Assembly: GCA_963825565.1 (NCBI GenBank)
Contig: CAWGTW010000014.1
Location: forward strand, 23,408-87,407
DNA from: Ilumatobacteraceae bacterium
GTDB taxonomy: Bacteria; Actinomycetota; Acidimicrobiia; Acidimicrobiales; Ilumatobacteraceae
Length of the DNA stretch: 64,000 nucleotides
Direction: 5' to 3'
Below are positions 9,753 to 19,309 of the stretch, in pieces (within the stretch, counting starts at the first letter, position 1; each line of letters starts with the position of its first letter). The translations under genes were made by a program, and so were the position numbers. The notes under the pieces were generated by a model. The model was given only the letters and a program-made list of their open reading frames with translations. It was not told the DNA's origin and made no database searches.

Positions 9753-10313
9753 GTGGCGCTCCTGACGCGGGCGCGCATCGTCGGCGAGGCCCTCCGCCTC
9801 GTCGAGCAGAACGGCTACGAGCAGCTGTCGCTGCGCGGGCTCGCGGCATCGCTCGACGTCACCGCGCCGGCGCTGTACGACCACGTCGCCTCGAAGGACG
9901 ACGTGCTCCAGGCGGTCGCCGCCGAGGGGTACCGAGCGCTCCAGGCGTCGTACCGGGCGCACGGCGGGCAGGCGATCGAGCGGGTCCGCGAGCGGGCGCT
10001 GGCCTACGTCGACTTCGCCCGCGACAACCCGGAGCTCTTCCGGCTGATGTTCGTGTTCCGGCCCCGGGCCGTGGCGATCGAGGCCGACAACGAGCTGAAC
10101 GCGGCGACCAACGTGTTCGAGAGCGCCGTCGAGGACGTGCGCCTGGCCATCGCCGACGGCGAGTTGTCCGATCGCGACGTCGACCAACTCGGGTTGACGT
10201 TGTGGGCGGCGATGCACGGCGTGGCGACCATCGCCACGATCGCCCCGCCGGTCGCCGATGCCGTCGCCGGCGACGTCATCGACGCGCTGCTCGCGGGGCT
10301 CCGACCGCGCTGA
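9753..10313 (+). CDS. TetR/AcrR family transcriptional regulator
   Basis: 186 aa. N-terminal HTH LSLRGLAASLDVTAPALYDHV. Starts at GTG, 11 nt after the oxygenase stop. Confidence 0.85.
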   Translation: MALLTRARIVGEALRLVEQNGYEQLSLRGLAASLDVTAPALYDHVASKDDVLQAVAAEGYRALQASYRAHGGQAIERVRERALAYVDFARDNPELFRLMFVFRPRAVAIEADNELNAATNVFESAVEDVRLAIADGELSDRDVDQLGLTLWAAMHGVATIATIAPPVADAVAGDVIDALLAGLRPR

Positions 10314-12312
10314 CGGCTGCGACGTTGGGGTCGCGATCGTCGCGCGCCGCCTCCCCGAGGTCACGACGCAAACGGAAGTCGGCGACCGAGGTGCGGATCC
10401 CGCCGGCGATGCCCTCCGGGTTGAGGATCGCGGTCAGGATCAGGAGCACCCCACCGACGTACACCTCCCAGGTGCCGAACGCATCGAAGACCTCGCCGGT
10501 GGCGAAGAACGCGACGCCCGACGTCGCCACGATGCCCGATGTGACGGCGCCGCTGACGCTGGTGATCCCGCCGAGATAGGCGACCGCCAACGCGGTCAAC
10601 GACGCGACCACGCCGAACGACGCATCGGACACGCCGCCGAAGCGGTAGCCGATCAACGTGCCTGCGATCCCGGCGATGAAGGCCGAGATGGCGAACGCAA
10701 GCAGCTTGGCGGAGGCGACGTTGACCCCGACCGCGCTGGCCGCCCGCTCGTTCGATCGGACGGCCAACGTCCTGCGTCCCGTCGGGCTCCGCCGAAGGTT
10801 GGCGACGAGCAGTGCGAGCAGGAGCGCGACGGCGACGAGGAAGATCCCGAAGATCGGCCGCGACGAGTTCGTGCCGAAGACGAGAGCGAAGTCCCAGTCG
10901 CCGAGTTTCGGGTGGGGGATCCTCGCCCCTCCGGTCGAGGCGTCGCCGACGAACGTCGGGTTCTTGAAGATGAACTCCGAGATCGCGACCCCGCCGGCGA
11001 GCGTGACGATGGCCAGGTTCGTGCCGCGCAGGCGGAGTGCCGGCAGACCGACGACGACGCCGATCACCGCAGCGACGAGCGCAGCGACCACCGGAGCGAC
11101 GGGGAACGGGAGATCCCAGTTCATCGCCAGCTTCGACAGCGAGAAGCCGGCCACGCCGGCGAACGCCATCTGGGCCAGCGACGTCTGGCCGGCGAAGCCG
11201 GTGATGACCACGAACGACAGCGCGAGCACCGTGCCGATCACCGTGGTCATGATCGCGCCGCGCCACAGCGGGCCGAGCACGAGCAGACCGACGACCGCCA
11301 GCGACACCGGGACGCCAATCGACACCGGCGTGATCCTGGCCGGCGGCACCGCCGGCAGCTTCCAGTCGTCGACCGCGCCACGTTCGGGCAACCGCTCGCC
11401 GAAGACGACCATCGCGACGATGATGATGAGGAACGGCAGCCCCTCTCGCGCCCCGTAGTCGGGGAACCAGCTCAGGTCGACCTGGAGCTTGGTGAACGTC
11501 GACTGCACCATCCCGATCGCCAGACCGGTCGCCACCGTGGGAACGACGTAGCGGAAGCTCCCGACGAGCGCCGCGCCGAGCGCCGGGACGAGAAAGCCGA
11601 ACGTGAACACGGTCGAGGTGAGCTGGATCATCGGCGCGGCGAGGATGGCGACGAAGCCGCCGACGAGGCTCGCCAGCACGAAGCTGAACCCGGCGAGGAA
11701 GTTGGGCGAGTACCCGAGCAGCACCGCACCCTTCTCGTTCTCCGCCGCCGCCCGGACGACCAGCCCGAGCCGGCTGTACCTCGTGTACGCCCACAGCGCG
11801 GCGGCGACGAGGATGACGATCAGCGCGAGCCACAGCCCGTCCCGTGGGACCGTCAGGTCGTCGGCGATCGTCACCGGCTCGCGCGGCAGGATCTTGCCGA
11901 CGCGGATGTTCTGCTTGTCGGAGAACCGCCGGTCGACCAGCGACGTGAACACGACGACCAGTCCCACGCTGGCGACGATCTTGGCCAGCGCCGGTGCCGT
12001 GGCCAGCGGCCGGAACACGAGGAGGTAGACGAGCAGTCCCATCAGGGCGGCGGTGAGCAGTGCCAGCGCCATCGCCCACCAGAACCCGACGTCGTTGTCG
12101 AAGTGGTAGCGACCCGGGAGCCCGGGGACGGGGAACGGGTACGCCCCTTCCCGCAGGTCGGCGTAGACGTAGACCACCCACATCGTCATGGCGCCGTACG
12201 CGAAGTTGACGACGCCGGACCCCTGGAAGGTGACGACCAACCCGAGGCCCAGCGCGGCGATGATCGCCCCGGCGCCGCTGCCGAGCAGCAGGTAGAACGC
12301 GTAGTCGGTCAT
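10276..12312 (-). CDS. branched-chain amino-acid-type ABC transporter permease (LivH-like and LivM-like modules fused)
   Basis: 678 aa and highly hydrophobic throughout, with two tandem permease modules in one ORF. The 3' end overlaps the convergent TetR gene by 38 nt. Confidence 0.85.
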   Translation of the reverse strand: MTDYAFYLLLGSGAGAIIAALGLGLVVTFQGSGVVNFAYGAMTMWVVYVYADLREGAYPFPVPGLPGRYHFDNDVGFWWAMALALLTAALMGLLVYLLVFRPLATAPALAKIVASVGLVVVFTSLVDRRFSDKQNIRVGKILPREPVTIADDLTVPRDGLWLALIVILVAAALWAYTRYSRLGLVVRAAAENEKGAVLLGYSPNFLAGFSFVLASLVGGFVAILAAPMIQLTSTVFTFGFLVPALGAALVGSFRYVVPTVATGLAIGMVQSTFTKLQVDLSWFPDYGAREGLPFLIIIVAMVVFGERLPERGAVDDWKLPAVPPARITPVSIGVPVSLAVVGLLVLGPLWRGAIMTTVIGTVLALSFVVITGFAGQTSLAQMAFAGVAGFSLSKLAMNWDLPFPVAPVVAALVAAVIGVVVGLPALRLRGTNLAIVTLAGGVAISEFIFKNPTFVGDASTGGARIPHPKLGDWDFALVFGTNSSRPIFGIFLVAVALLLALLVANLRRSPTGRRTLAVRSNERAASAVGVNVASAKLLAFAISAFIAGIAGTLIGYRFGGVSDASFGVVASLTALAVAYLGGITSVSGAVTSGIVATSGVAFFATGEVFDAFGTWEVYVGGVLLILTAILNPEGIAGGIRTSVADFRLRRDLGEAARDDRDPNVAAVSAVGAPRAARR

Positions 12313-12363
12313 CGATGGCCGCCCCTCACCGTGGCGCCGGCGACCGTCCCCAGCGGTTGGAGC

Positions 12364-13789
12364 TCACGGCAGGTAGTCGAAGGCGGAGACCGCCTCGAGC
12401 CCCGGAACGGTGACGACGTCGCCCCCCTCCTGGTACTCGGCGGCGGGGAACGTGAACGCGCAGATCGTCGGGTACGCCGCTGCCCGGCCGCATTCGATGG
12501 GCGCGCCGTCGGGCCACTGCCGGAGCCCGGAGCCAGCACGGAAGAACTCGTAGAGCGACGCTCCCGTGACGTCACCGCCGTCGGCGGCGATCCGATTGGA
12601 GTACTCGGCGAGCGACATCGCCATGTTGAGGGCCAGCGCGCCCAGGCCGAGCGCGTTCGGGTCGATGTCCTCGGGCGGCACGCCGAGCGCGGGCGACAGG
12701 ATGTCCTGCAGGATCGCTCGCTCCGGCGTGTCCTCGTCGGTCTGGACGCCGACGAAGATCCACCCGACGGCGTCGTCGCCGACCTCGTCGAAGACCGCCG
12801 TCCCGGCACAGAGGCCCGTGCTGAGCACGGGGGTCTCGATGCCGAGCGCGGCCCGCCCGCGGATCGTGCCGATGCAACCGGCGTCGGAGTACAGCGAGAC
12901 GAGGAAGTCGGGATCACCCTGGGCGGCCTGGCGCATCAGGCCCTGGTACCCGGCGTCGGTCTCGTTGTCGCCGCCCTTCACCGTGGTGTGCGCGATGCCG
13001 GCGATGTCGAGTGATGCGGTCAGCGAGGCCTCGCTGGCGTTGCCGCCGACGTTGTCAGCGCTGACGATGCCGACCGTCTTGGCCCCGAATTGCTCGGCCA
13101 CGGCGGCGACCGCCGCCATCGTCGTTGCGTTGCCTCCGGTGTAGGAAGAGCGCGTTCGCCGTGTAGTCGCCCGGCAGGATGGGGAGCAGGCCGATCACCG
13201 GGACGTCCGACGCGGTGTAGGTGGCGTAGTCGGGGAACAGGTCGACGCCGAGCAACACCAGCTCGACGCCCTGCCCGACGACCTCTTGGGCGCACGACTG
13301 CGAGCTCTCGGCTGACCCGTTGACCGTACAGTTGACGAGCTCGAGCGGACGGTTTCCGTAACCGCCGTGCTCGTTGAGGTAGTCGAACGTCGCGCCGATG
13401 TTGATCCGGATGTCGGGGAAGTCCAGCCCCGTCGTGCCCTCGGTGTTGACGAGTGCGACCTTCATCGTCTCGCCGGTCGGCGGGGCGAGCGTGGGGAACA
13501 CCGCGGTCGGGCTCGCGGCGTCCGCAGGCGCATCGGTCGCCGCAGGCGCATCGGTCGCCGCGGGCGCATCGGTCGCCGCGGGCGCATCGGTCGCCGCGGG
13601 CGCATCGGTCGCCGCGGGCGCATCGGTCGCCGCGGGCGCATCGGTCGCCGCGGGCGCGGTCGTGTCGTCGCTGCCCGAGTCGTCGCTGCTACATGCCGCT
13701 GCGACGAGTGCCAACGCGACGACCATGACGCGCAACGAACGCGGACGACGCGCAGCCGGCTTGCCTGTTCCGTACATGATCTCCCCCAT
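12364..13789 (-). pseudogene. ABC transporter substrate-binding lipoprotein (LivJ-like), interrupted by a 1-nt frameshift near 13141-13146
   Basis: ORFs 13055..13789 (signal peptide/lipobox VAAACSS, (APAATD)n linker, first lobe) and 12364..13119 (second lobe) are two halves of one periplasmic binding protein. The reading ...GDYTANALF / YTGGNATTMAAVA... needs a +1 shift. Confidence 0.75.
13524..13649. repeat. 18-bp tandem repeat x7 (GC[A/G]GGCGCATCGGTCGCC) encoding (APAATD)n in the binding-protein linker
   Basis: Seven head-to-tail copies plus a partial eighth, read directly. The repeat is in frame on the minus strand. Confidence 0.9.
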
Positions 13790-13896
13790 TTCGTGCGGAC
13801 CGCTCGAGCGGCGTCGCTTTCTTAACAGATATCGGGTCCGACGATGGACGCCGGAGCGAGTCGAGCGACGGCGTCATCGAACCAGGGGAGAACGGG

Positions 13897-14439
13897 TCAG
13901 ACCGCGAGGCGATCGCGCAGTTTGCGGACCGTGTTCCAGTTGCGCGCGGTGAAGAACAGATCCGTGCGCTTCATGACGTGGTCGCCGACCGCTGGCGCAG
14001 CGAGGAGTCCATCCGGACACCACTGGTAGACCACGCGCGATCCGAGCCGGACGTTGGCGGGGTCGAGATCGGCGGGGTTGTCGTTCTCGAGGAGTAGGCG
14101 AGGGAGTTCGCCGGAGAGAAACAGCACCTGGTACCTCGAGCCGTCGGTCACGATGTCGCCGAACGGGTCGCCGGCGATGACCCGGTCGACGAAGCCGAGA
14201 TCGACCCCGATGCAACGGGCGCGTACGCCGAGCTCGTCGAACAAGGCCGACTCGACACGCTCGGCCACGGCCGCCGACGACGGCTCCGGCGCGTCGAAGA
14301 TCGCGTTGCCACTCTGCAGCAGCGTGCCGACCCGCTCGAAGCCGAGTCGCTCGAGCAGCTCCCGGAACGCCGCCATCGAGACACGCTTGGCGGTGCCGAC
14401 GTTGATGCCCCGGACCAGGACCGCGTGACGGTGCGTCAA
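13897..14439 (-). CDS. DUF1697 domain-containing protein
   Basis: VLVRGINVGTAKRVSMAAFRELLERLGFERVGTLLQSGNAIF matches the DUF1697 signature. TTG 14439 gives about 180 aa and avoids overlap with the upstream gene. The longest ORF reaches 14571. Confidence 0.7.
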   Translation of the reverse strand: MTHRHAVLVRGINVGTAKRVSMAAFRELLERLGFERVGTLLQSGNAIFDAPEPSSAAVAERVESALFDELGVRARCIGVDLGFVDRVIAGDPFGDIVTDGSRYQVLFLSGELPRLLLENDNPADLDPANVRLGSRVVYQWCPDGLLAAPAVGDHVMKRTDLFFTARNWNTVRKLRDRLAV

Positions 14440-14458
14440 CGGCCGACGCCCACCCAGC

Positions 14459-15421
14459 TCACCGATCCGACGCCGGATCGTCGGCGGTTGCGCCCAGCGC
14501 CCGGAAGTAGTCGATCGTCGCGCGGAGGCCGTCGGTGAACTCGATGCGCGGTCGCCAACCGAGCTCGGCAACGGCCAACCGTGCGTCGGGGACCCGCCGC
14601 TGCGGATCCTCCTCTCGCCCCTCGACGTGCACGACCCGTGACGACGAACCGGTCAGCTCGATGATCTTGTGGGCGAGGTCGAGCATCGAGATCTCGTCGT
14701 CGTTGCCGATGTTCATCGGACCGGGATGCCCCGACCGGAACAGTCGGACCAGGCCGTCGACCTCGTCGGTCACGAAGCAGAAACTGCGCGTCTGCGTGCC
14801 GTCGCCCTGCACCGTCACGTCGGCCGAGTCGAGCGCCTGGCCGACGAACGCGGGGATGACCCGCCCGTCGTCGGGCCGCATCCGCGCGCCGTACACGTTG
14901 AAGATCCTGACGATCGCCGTGTCGGTCCCATGGACCCGGGTGTGTGCAACCGTGAGCGCCTCGCCGAAGCGCTTCGCCTCGTCGTATGCACTGCGCGGCC
15001 CGATCGGGTTGACGTTGCCCCAGTAGCTCTCGGGTTGCGGCGAGACGAGCGGATCGCCATAGACCTCGCTCGTCGACGCGAACAGCATCCGGCACTGCTT
15101 CTCGCGGGCGAAGTCGAGCACGTTGCCCGTGCCCGTCGAACCGGCCGCCAGCGTCTCCAGCGGGAAGCGGAAGTAGTCGACCGGGGAGGCCGGACTCGCG
15201 AGGTGATAGATCCCGTCGACCGCACCGGCGATCGACAGGGGGGTCGTGATGTCGTGCTCGACGAGATCGAACCGGGGCTCGCCGTCGAGGTGGGCCAGGT
15301 TCGCCCGGGTACCGGTCAGGAAGTTGTCGACGCCGACGACCGAGTCACCGTCGGCGAGGTGGCGGTCGGTCAGGTGCGATCCGACGAAGCCGCCGGCACC
15401 GACGATCACGATGCGAGCCAT
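14459..15421 (-). CDS. UDP-glucuronate decarboxylase (UDP-xylose synthase-like) NAD-dependent epimerase/dehydratase
   Basis: 320 aa. VGAGGFVGSH Rossmann motif, STSEVYGDP, YWGNVNPIGPRSAYDEAKR (YxxxK), RIFNVYGARMRPDDGRVIPAF. Confidence 0.85.
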   Translation of the reverse strand: MARIVIVGAGGFVGSHLTDRHLADGDSVVGVDNFLTGTRANLAHLDGEPRFDLVEHDITTPLSIAGAVDGIYHLASPASPVDYFRFPLETLAAGSTGTGNVLDFAREKQCRMLFASTSEVYGDPLVSPQPESYWGNVNPIGPRSAYDEAKRFGEALTVAHTRVHGTDTAIVRIFNVYGARMRPDDGRVIPAFVGQALDSADVTVQGDGTQTRSFCFVTDEVDGLVRLFRSGHPGPMNIGNDDEISMLDLAHKIIELTGSSSRVVHVEGREEDPQRRVPDARLAVAELGWRPRIEFTDGLRATIDYFRALGATADDPASDR

Positions 15422-15560
15422 GGTTGAGAGCGCCCTTCCCGCGGTGGCCGACCACCCGATCGCCTCCGTCGGCGCAAGGGGTCACCGCGGCCGCGATTCC
15501 GATCCGATACGAGTTTCGGCGCAGCGTACTGCCCGGCACCCACTCCCCCACCGGCGAGAC

Positions 15561-16154
15561 TCAGCGCGACCCCGAGGCGCTCCGGCGATCCGCCTCCCAT
15601 TCGGCGCGGGTGATCGCGTACTCCACGTCGCCCTCCTCGTCGCCGGGGATGCGCACCGGCCAGTCGGCGTGGAACGTCCGCACGTAGCGGAGCCCGGCCT
15701 TGTCCATCACCCGCCGGGAGGCGGTGTTGACCGCCATCGTCTCGGCGTGGATGCGCTCGACTCCGAGTTCGGTGAAGCCGTGATCGATCAGCCCGCGGGA
15801 TCCCTCCGTCGCCAGGCCACGTCCCCACGCCGCCCGATGCAGCCGGTACCCGAGCTCGGGCTCGAGCGGGCCGTCGCCGGCACCCGGACGGAGGTGGAAC
15901 CAGCCGACGAACGCTCCGGCCGCCCGCTCGATCGCCGCCCAGAAGCCGAACCCCTCGAACCGCTCGTAGTACCCGATCCAACAGGCGAGCGTCTCGGCCA
16001 GGTCGTCGTGATCGACCGGGGCACCTCCGTCGATGAAGCGCTTGACCCCGGGGTCGGCATCGAGGTCGACGAGCAGCGTTAGGTCGTCGGGGGTGAACGT
16101 GCGCAGCACGAGTCGCGGGGTCTCCAGCACCACGTGCGCTTCCACCGCCACCAT
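15561..16154 (-). CDS. GNAT family N-acetyltransferase (RimJ/RimL-like)
   Basis: From ATG 16154: MVAVEAHVVLETPRLVLRTFTPDD...YRLHRAAWGRGLATE...AVNTASRRVMDKAGL. The upstream part of the 300-aa ORF is Arg/Trp-rich and overlaps the divergent gene. Confidence 0.8.
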   Translation of the reverse strand: MVAVEAHVVLETPRLVLRTFTPDDLTLLVDLDADPGVKRFIDGGAPVDHDDLAETLACWIGYYERFEGFGFWAAIERAAGAFVGWFHLRPGAGDGPLEPELGYRLHRAAWGRGLATEGSRGLIDHGFTELGVERIHAETMAVNTASRRVMDKAGLRYVRTFHADWPVRIPGDEEGDVEYAITRAEWEADRRSASGSR

Positions 16155-16236
16155 TCTGGCCGACACCGCCGACCCCGCGAGCGGCGATCGAGGACCGGTC
16201 GACCACCACGCCCACCGGCGGCGTACGATCCACCCG

Positions 16237-17679
16237 ATGTCGCGATCGCAGCCCGGAGCCGACGCCATCGTCGTCGGCTCCGGCCCGAACGGTCTCGTCG
16301 CGGCGATCACGTTGGCCTCCGCCGGGTGGAAGGTGACCGTCCTCGAAGCGGCGCCCCGCCCCGGTGGCGGCACCCGTTCCGAGGAGCTGACCCTGCCGGG
16401 CGTCGTCCACGACGTCTGCTCGGCCATCCACCCGCTCGGGCTCGCGTCGCCGGCCCTGCGCACCCTCCCGCTCGCCGAACACGGTCTGGAGTGGGTGCAG
16501 CCCGACGTGCCGTTGGCCCACCCGCTCGACGACGGGCGCGCCGCCCTGCTCCACCGCTCGGTCGAGGCGACCGCCGACGCGCTCGGCGCCGACGGCCCTG
16601 CCTACCGCAGGCTGTTCGACCCGTTCGTCCGGTCGGGGTTCGACCTGACCGACGGCCTGCTCGCCCCGCTGACCGTGCCTCCGCCGCATCCGGTCGTGCT
16701 CGCCCGGTTCGGCCTGGTCGGCATCCAGCCGGCTGCGCTCGTCGACCGGCGGCGATTCACGACCGACGAGGCCGGTGGGCTGCTCGCCGGGCTCGCCGCG
16801 CACTCGATGCTGTCGCTGCGGGCGGTGACGACCGCCGGATACGCGATCATGCTCGGCGGTCTCGGCCATCTGGTCGGGTGGCCGATGGCCCGTGGCGGCT
16901 CGCAATCGATTGCCACGGCGCTCGTCGGCGTGCTCCGCAGCCTGGACGGCGACGTCGTCTGCGACGCGCCGGTCACCGCGCTCGACGAGTTGCCGCCCGC
17001 CCGAGCCGTGCTGCTCGACCTCACACCGCGCCAGGTGCTGGCGCTCGCCGGTGACCGCCTGCCGATGCGCTACGCCCGCCAGCTCGCCCGGTACCGGTAC
17101 GGCCCCGGCGTGTTCAAGCTCGATCTCGCGCTCAGCGGTCCGATCCCGTGGACGAACCGCGAGGTCGCCAGGGCGGCGACCGTGCACCTCGGTGGCACGA
17201 TGGCCGAGATCGCCGCCGCCGAGGACGACGTCCTTCACGGGCGGCACCCCGAGCGCCCCTACGTCCTGCTCGCCCAACACACGCTGTTCGACGACAGTCG
17301 AGCGCCGGCCGGCACGCACACGGTCTGGGCCTACTGCCACGTCCCGAACCGCTCGACGACCGACATGACCGACCGCATCGAGTCCCAGGTCGAACGGTTC
17401 GCCCCGGGGTTCCGCGACCTGATCGTCGGCCGCCACACGATGGCCGCCGCGGCGATGGAAGCCCACAACGCGAACTACGTCGGCGGCGACATCAACGGCG
17501 GTGCGGCCGACCTCCGCCAGTTCGTCGCCCGGCCGACGCTCGGGCTCCACCCGTGGGCGACCCCGGTCGAGGGGCTGTACCTCTGCTCGTCCTCCACGCC
17601 CCCCGGAGGCGGCGTCCACGGCATGTGCGGCCTCCACGCCGCCCGCGAGGTCCTGCGGCGGCAGCCACTCGTCGACTGA
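16237..17679 (+). CDS. NAD(P)/FAD-dependent oxidoreductase, phytoene-desaturase (CrtI)-like family
   Basis: From ATG 16237: MSRSQPGADAIVVGSGPNGLVAAITLASAGWKVTVLEA (dinucleotide-binding fold). About 480 aa with a C-terminal GGGVHG motif. Confidence 0.75.
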   Translation: MSRSQPGADAIVVGSGPNGLVAAITLASAGWKVTVLEAAPRPGGGTRSEELTLPGVVHDVCSAIHPLGLASPALRTLPLAEHGLEWVQPDVPLAHPLDDGRAALLHRSVEATADALGADGPAYRRLFDPFVRSGFDLTDGLLAPLTVPPPHPVVLARFGLVGIQPAALVDRRRFTTDEAGGLLAGLAAHSMLSLRAVTTAGYAIMLGGLGHLVGWPMARGGSQSIATALVGVLRSLDGDVVCDAPVTALDELPPARAVLLDLTPRQVLALAGDRLPMRYARQLARYRYGPGVFKLDLALSGPIPWTNREVARAATVHLGGTMAEIAAAEDDVLHGRHPERPYVLLAQHTLFDDSRAPAGTHTVWAYCHVPNRSTTDMTDRIESQVERFAPGFRDLIVGRHTMAAAAMEAHNANYVGGDINGGAADLRQFVARPTLGLHPWATPVEGLYLCSSSTPPGGGVHGMCGLHAAREVLRRQPLVD

Positions 17680-17811
17680 TCGACCGAGCGGTACTCGATC
17701 CGGGCCGAGGCGGGCGAGCAGCGGGTCTACACTCCGCGGTCGTGGAGACGCCCTCGCCGACGTGGTGCCGGGTCCGCACGCCGATGCCGACCGGCCGCAG
17801 CGCCGGCGCCG

Positions 17812-19212
17812 GTGACCCGAACCGGCGTCGATGTGGGTGACACCATCCCGACAGCGACCGGCGCGGCGGGAATCCGCGAGCGGCCGCTGGAGTACTTCGA
17901 GCACTGGCGCAGCCAACTCGGCGACCTGTTCGCGATCGACATGGCCGGGCCGCTGCTGTCCAGATCGCCCGACTGCCCCGGCGTCTACGCGGTGTTCGGC
18001 GAGGCTCACCAGCGGGCGGTCCTGAGCGACATCGAACGCTTCGTGCTGCCGGTCTCCGCCGCGGTCCGGCTCGATCTCCCCGAGACGTTGCGCAACCTCA
18101 ACGTCGGTCTCCACAGCAAGCGCGGCCGCACCCACGACGACGAGCGGCGGATGATCGCGTCGGTGCTCGCCGCCATAGACCCACCACGGATCGGTGGCGT
18201 GGCCGCCGAGGTCGCCGCAGTCGTCGCCCGGCACGCGCGCCAGCCGTTGGGCCTGCTCGACCTGATGCGCGGCATGGTCGCATCGCTGTCCGACCGCCTG
18301 TTCTTCGGCGATGCCGCTGACGAGGGCACCACCGAGGCACTGGTGTCGTACTTCCATCTCCGCCGGTCGGCGTCAGCTCCGGGTATGACCCTCGACGATT
18401 CGATGTGGCGCCGACTGGTCGATGCGGGCAACGCTGCCGATGCGGCGTTGCGCAGCTACCGGCGCGAGGTGGTACGTGATCGGTCCGGCCACGACCTGGG
18501 AGGCCTCGCCCCGCTGGCGAACGGGACCGCCGGACCGATCGACGAGGACGCATTCGTCGGCCACGCCAACGTGTTGTTCGTGTCGGCCAACGAACCGATC
18601 GCCGTCGCGCTGACGTGGACGCTGCTCGTCCTGAGTCAGCTGCCGGCGCTTCGACAGGCGCTGCGCGCCGAACTCGCGCAGGCGCGTGTCGCCGGTCCGT
18701 ACCCCGCTTCGCGCGAGCTGCCGACGATGCGGATGGTCGTGAGCGAGTCACTCCGCGTCCTGACCCCCAACGCGTTCATGGTGCGGGTGACATCGGAGCC
18801 GGTGACGCTCGGCGGCCACCTCCTGCCGAGTGGGGCCGAGATCGTCCTCAGCCCGCTCGTCGCCCATCGCGACCCTTCGGTGTTCGCCGATCCGACGCGG
18901 TTCCAGCCGTCGCGTTGGTCACGGATCAGGCCATCGGCGTACTGCTACTTCCCGTTCGGCGCCGGTGGTCACAGCTGCGTCGGGCGGGCGTTGGCGACGG
19001 AGATGATCCACTCGTGCCTGTCCGCGCTCCTCGACCACGGCGACATCGTGCTCACCGTCGATGCCGACGTCGACTGGCGGGTCGACGTGATGCTCACGCC
19101 CACCGTCGATCCTCCGGTCACGATGGTTCGCCGCGAACCGACCGGGGCGGTCGGCGGCGTGCTGCGCGGCGGCGTGACCCGACTCGTCAGGCTCCCCGAC
19201 GAGTGGTCGTGA
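17812..19212 (+). CDS. cytochrome P450 (first gene of the RiPP cluster)
   Basis: 466 aa. Heme-thiolate loop FPFGAGGHSCVGRALA, ExxR (ESLR), and PSRW meander region. Confidence 0.9.
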   Translation: MTRTGVDVGDTIPTATGAAGIRERPLEYFEHWRSQLGDLFAIDMAGPLLSRSPDCPGVYAVFGEAHQRAVLSDIERFVLPVSAAVRLDLPETLRNLNVGLHSKRGRTHDDERRMIASVLAAIDPPRIGGVAAEVAAVVARHARQPLGLLDLMRGMVASLSDRLFFGDAADEGTTEALVSYFHLRRSASAPGMTLDDSMWRRLVDAGNAADAALRSYRREVVRDRSGHDLGGLAPLANGTAGPIDEDAFVGHANVLFVSANEPIAVALTWTLLVLSQLPALRQALRAELAQARVAGPYPASRELPTMRMVVSESLRVLTPNAFMVRVTSEPVTLGGHLLPSGAEIVLSPLVAHRDPSVFADPTRFQPSRWSRIRPSAYCYFPFGAGGHSCVGRALATEMIHSCLSALLDHGDIVLTVDADVDWRVDVMLTPTVDPPVTMVRREPTGAVGGVLRGGVTRLVRLPDEWS

Positions 19213-19248
19213 GACGGACCGAGGCGACGATTGCGACGCACCGCAAAG

Positions 19249-19289
19249 TGTGGTCAGATGGACCACAATCCATGACGTGGAGACCACGT
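19249..19289. promoter_or_regulatory. two adjacent palindromes upstream of the precursor gene: TGTGGTC-agatg-GACCACA (19249-19267) and ACGTGG-aga-CCACGT (19275-19289)
   Basis: Read directly. Both share a GTGG-N-CCAC core and lie 20-60 nt upstream of ATG 19310. They could be an operator pair or an RNA hairpin. Confidence 0.3.
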
Positions 19290-19309
19290 TCCGTCCAGAG
19301 GAGAACCTG

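Noticed and set aside
7577-9778. 733-aa minus-strand ORF
   Set aside because: It is antisense to the carotenoid-oxygenase gene and part of the Rieske gene. No motifs are present and the composition is Arg/Pro-rich.
10258-13014. 918-aa plus-strand ORF
   Set aside because: It is antisense to the ABC permease and binding-protein genes. The extreme Arg/Asp/Glu/Gly content marks it as a GC artefact.
13524-13649. Regular 18-bp direct repeats considered as a possible CRISPR-like array
   Set aside because: The repeats are contiguous with no spacers, far shorter than CRISPR repeats, and in frame within a lipoprotein linker (APAATD)n.
14440-14571. Long-ORF start of the DUF1697 gene
   Set aside because: It would overlap the 3' end of the UDP-glucuronate decarboxylase gene by more than 100 nt. 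DUF1697 similarity begins only at ...AVLVRGINVG, and TTG 14439 gives the family-typical length.
16033-16236. Upstream extensions of the divergent GNAT (to 16463) and oxidoreductase (from 16033) ORFs that overlap each other
   Set aside because: Both extensions are compositionally aberrant and mutually overlapping. Internal ATGs at 16154 and 16237 give proteins that begin at the start of recognisable domains.
15406-18357. 983-aa minus-strand ORF
   Set aside because: It has an Arg/Gly/Pro/Asp-rich, low-information translation. It lies antisense to three well-supported plus-strand or divergent genes (GNAT, FAD oxidoreductase, P450). This is a typical long open antisense frame of high-GC DNA.
19250-19309. 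N-terminal extension of the precursor ORF from GTG 19250 (MVRWTTIHDVETTFRPEENL...)
   Set aside because: ATG 19310 has a well-spaced GAGGAG RBS. The extension coincides with the two palindromes, which are more plausibly regulatory DNA or RNA than coding.
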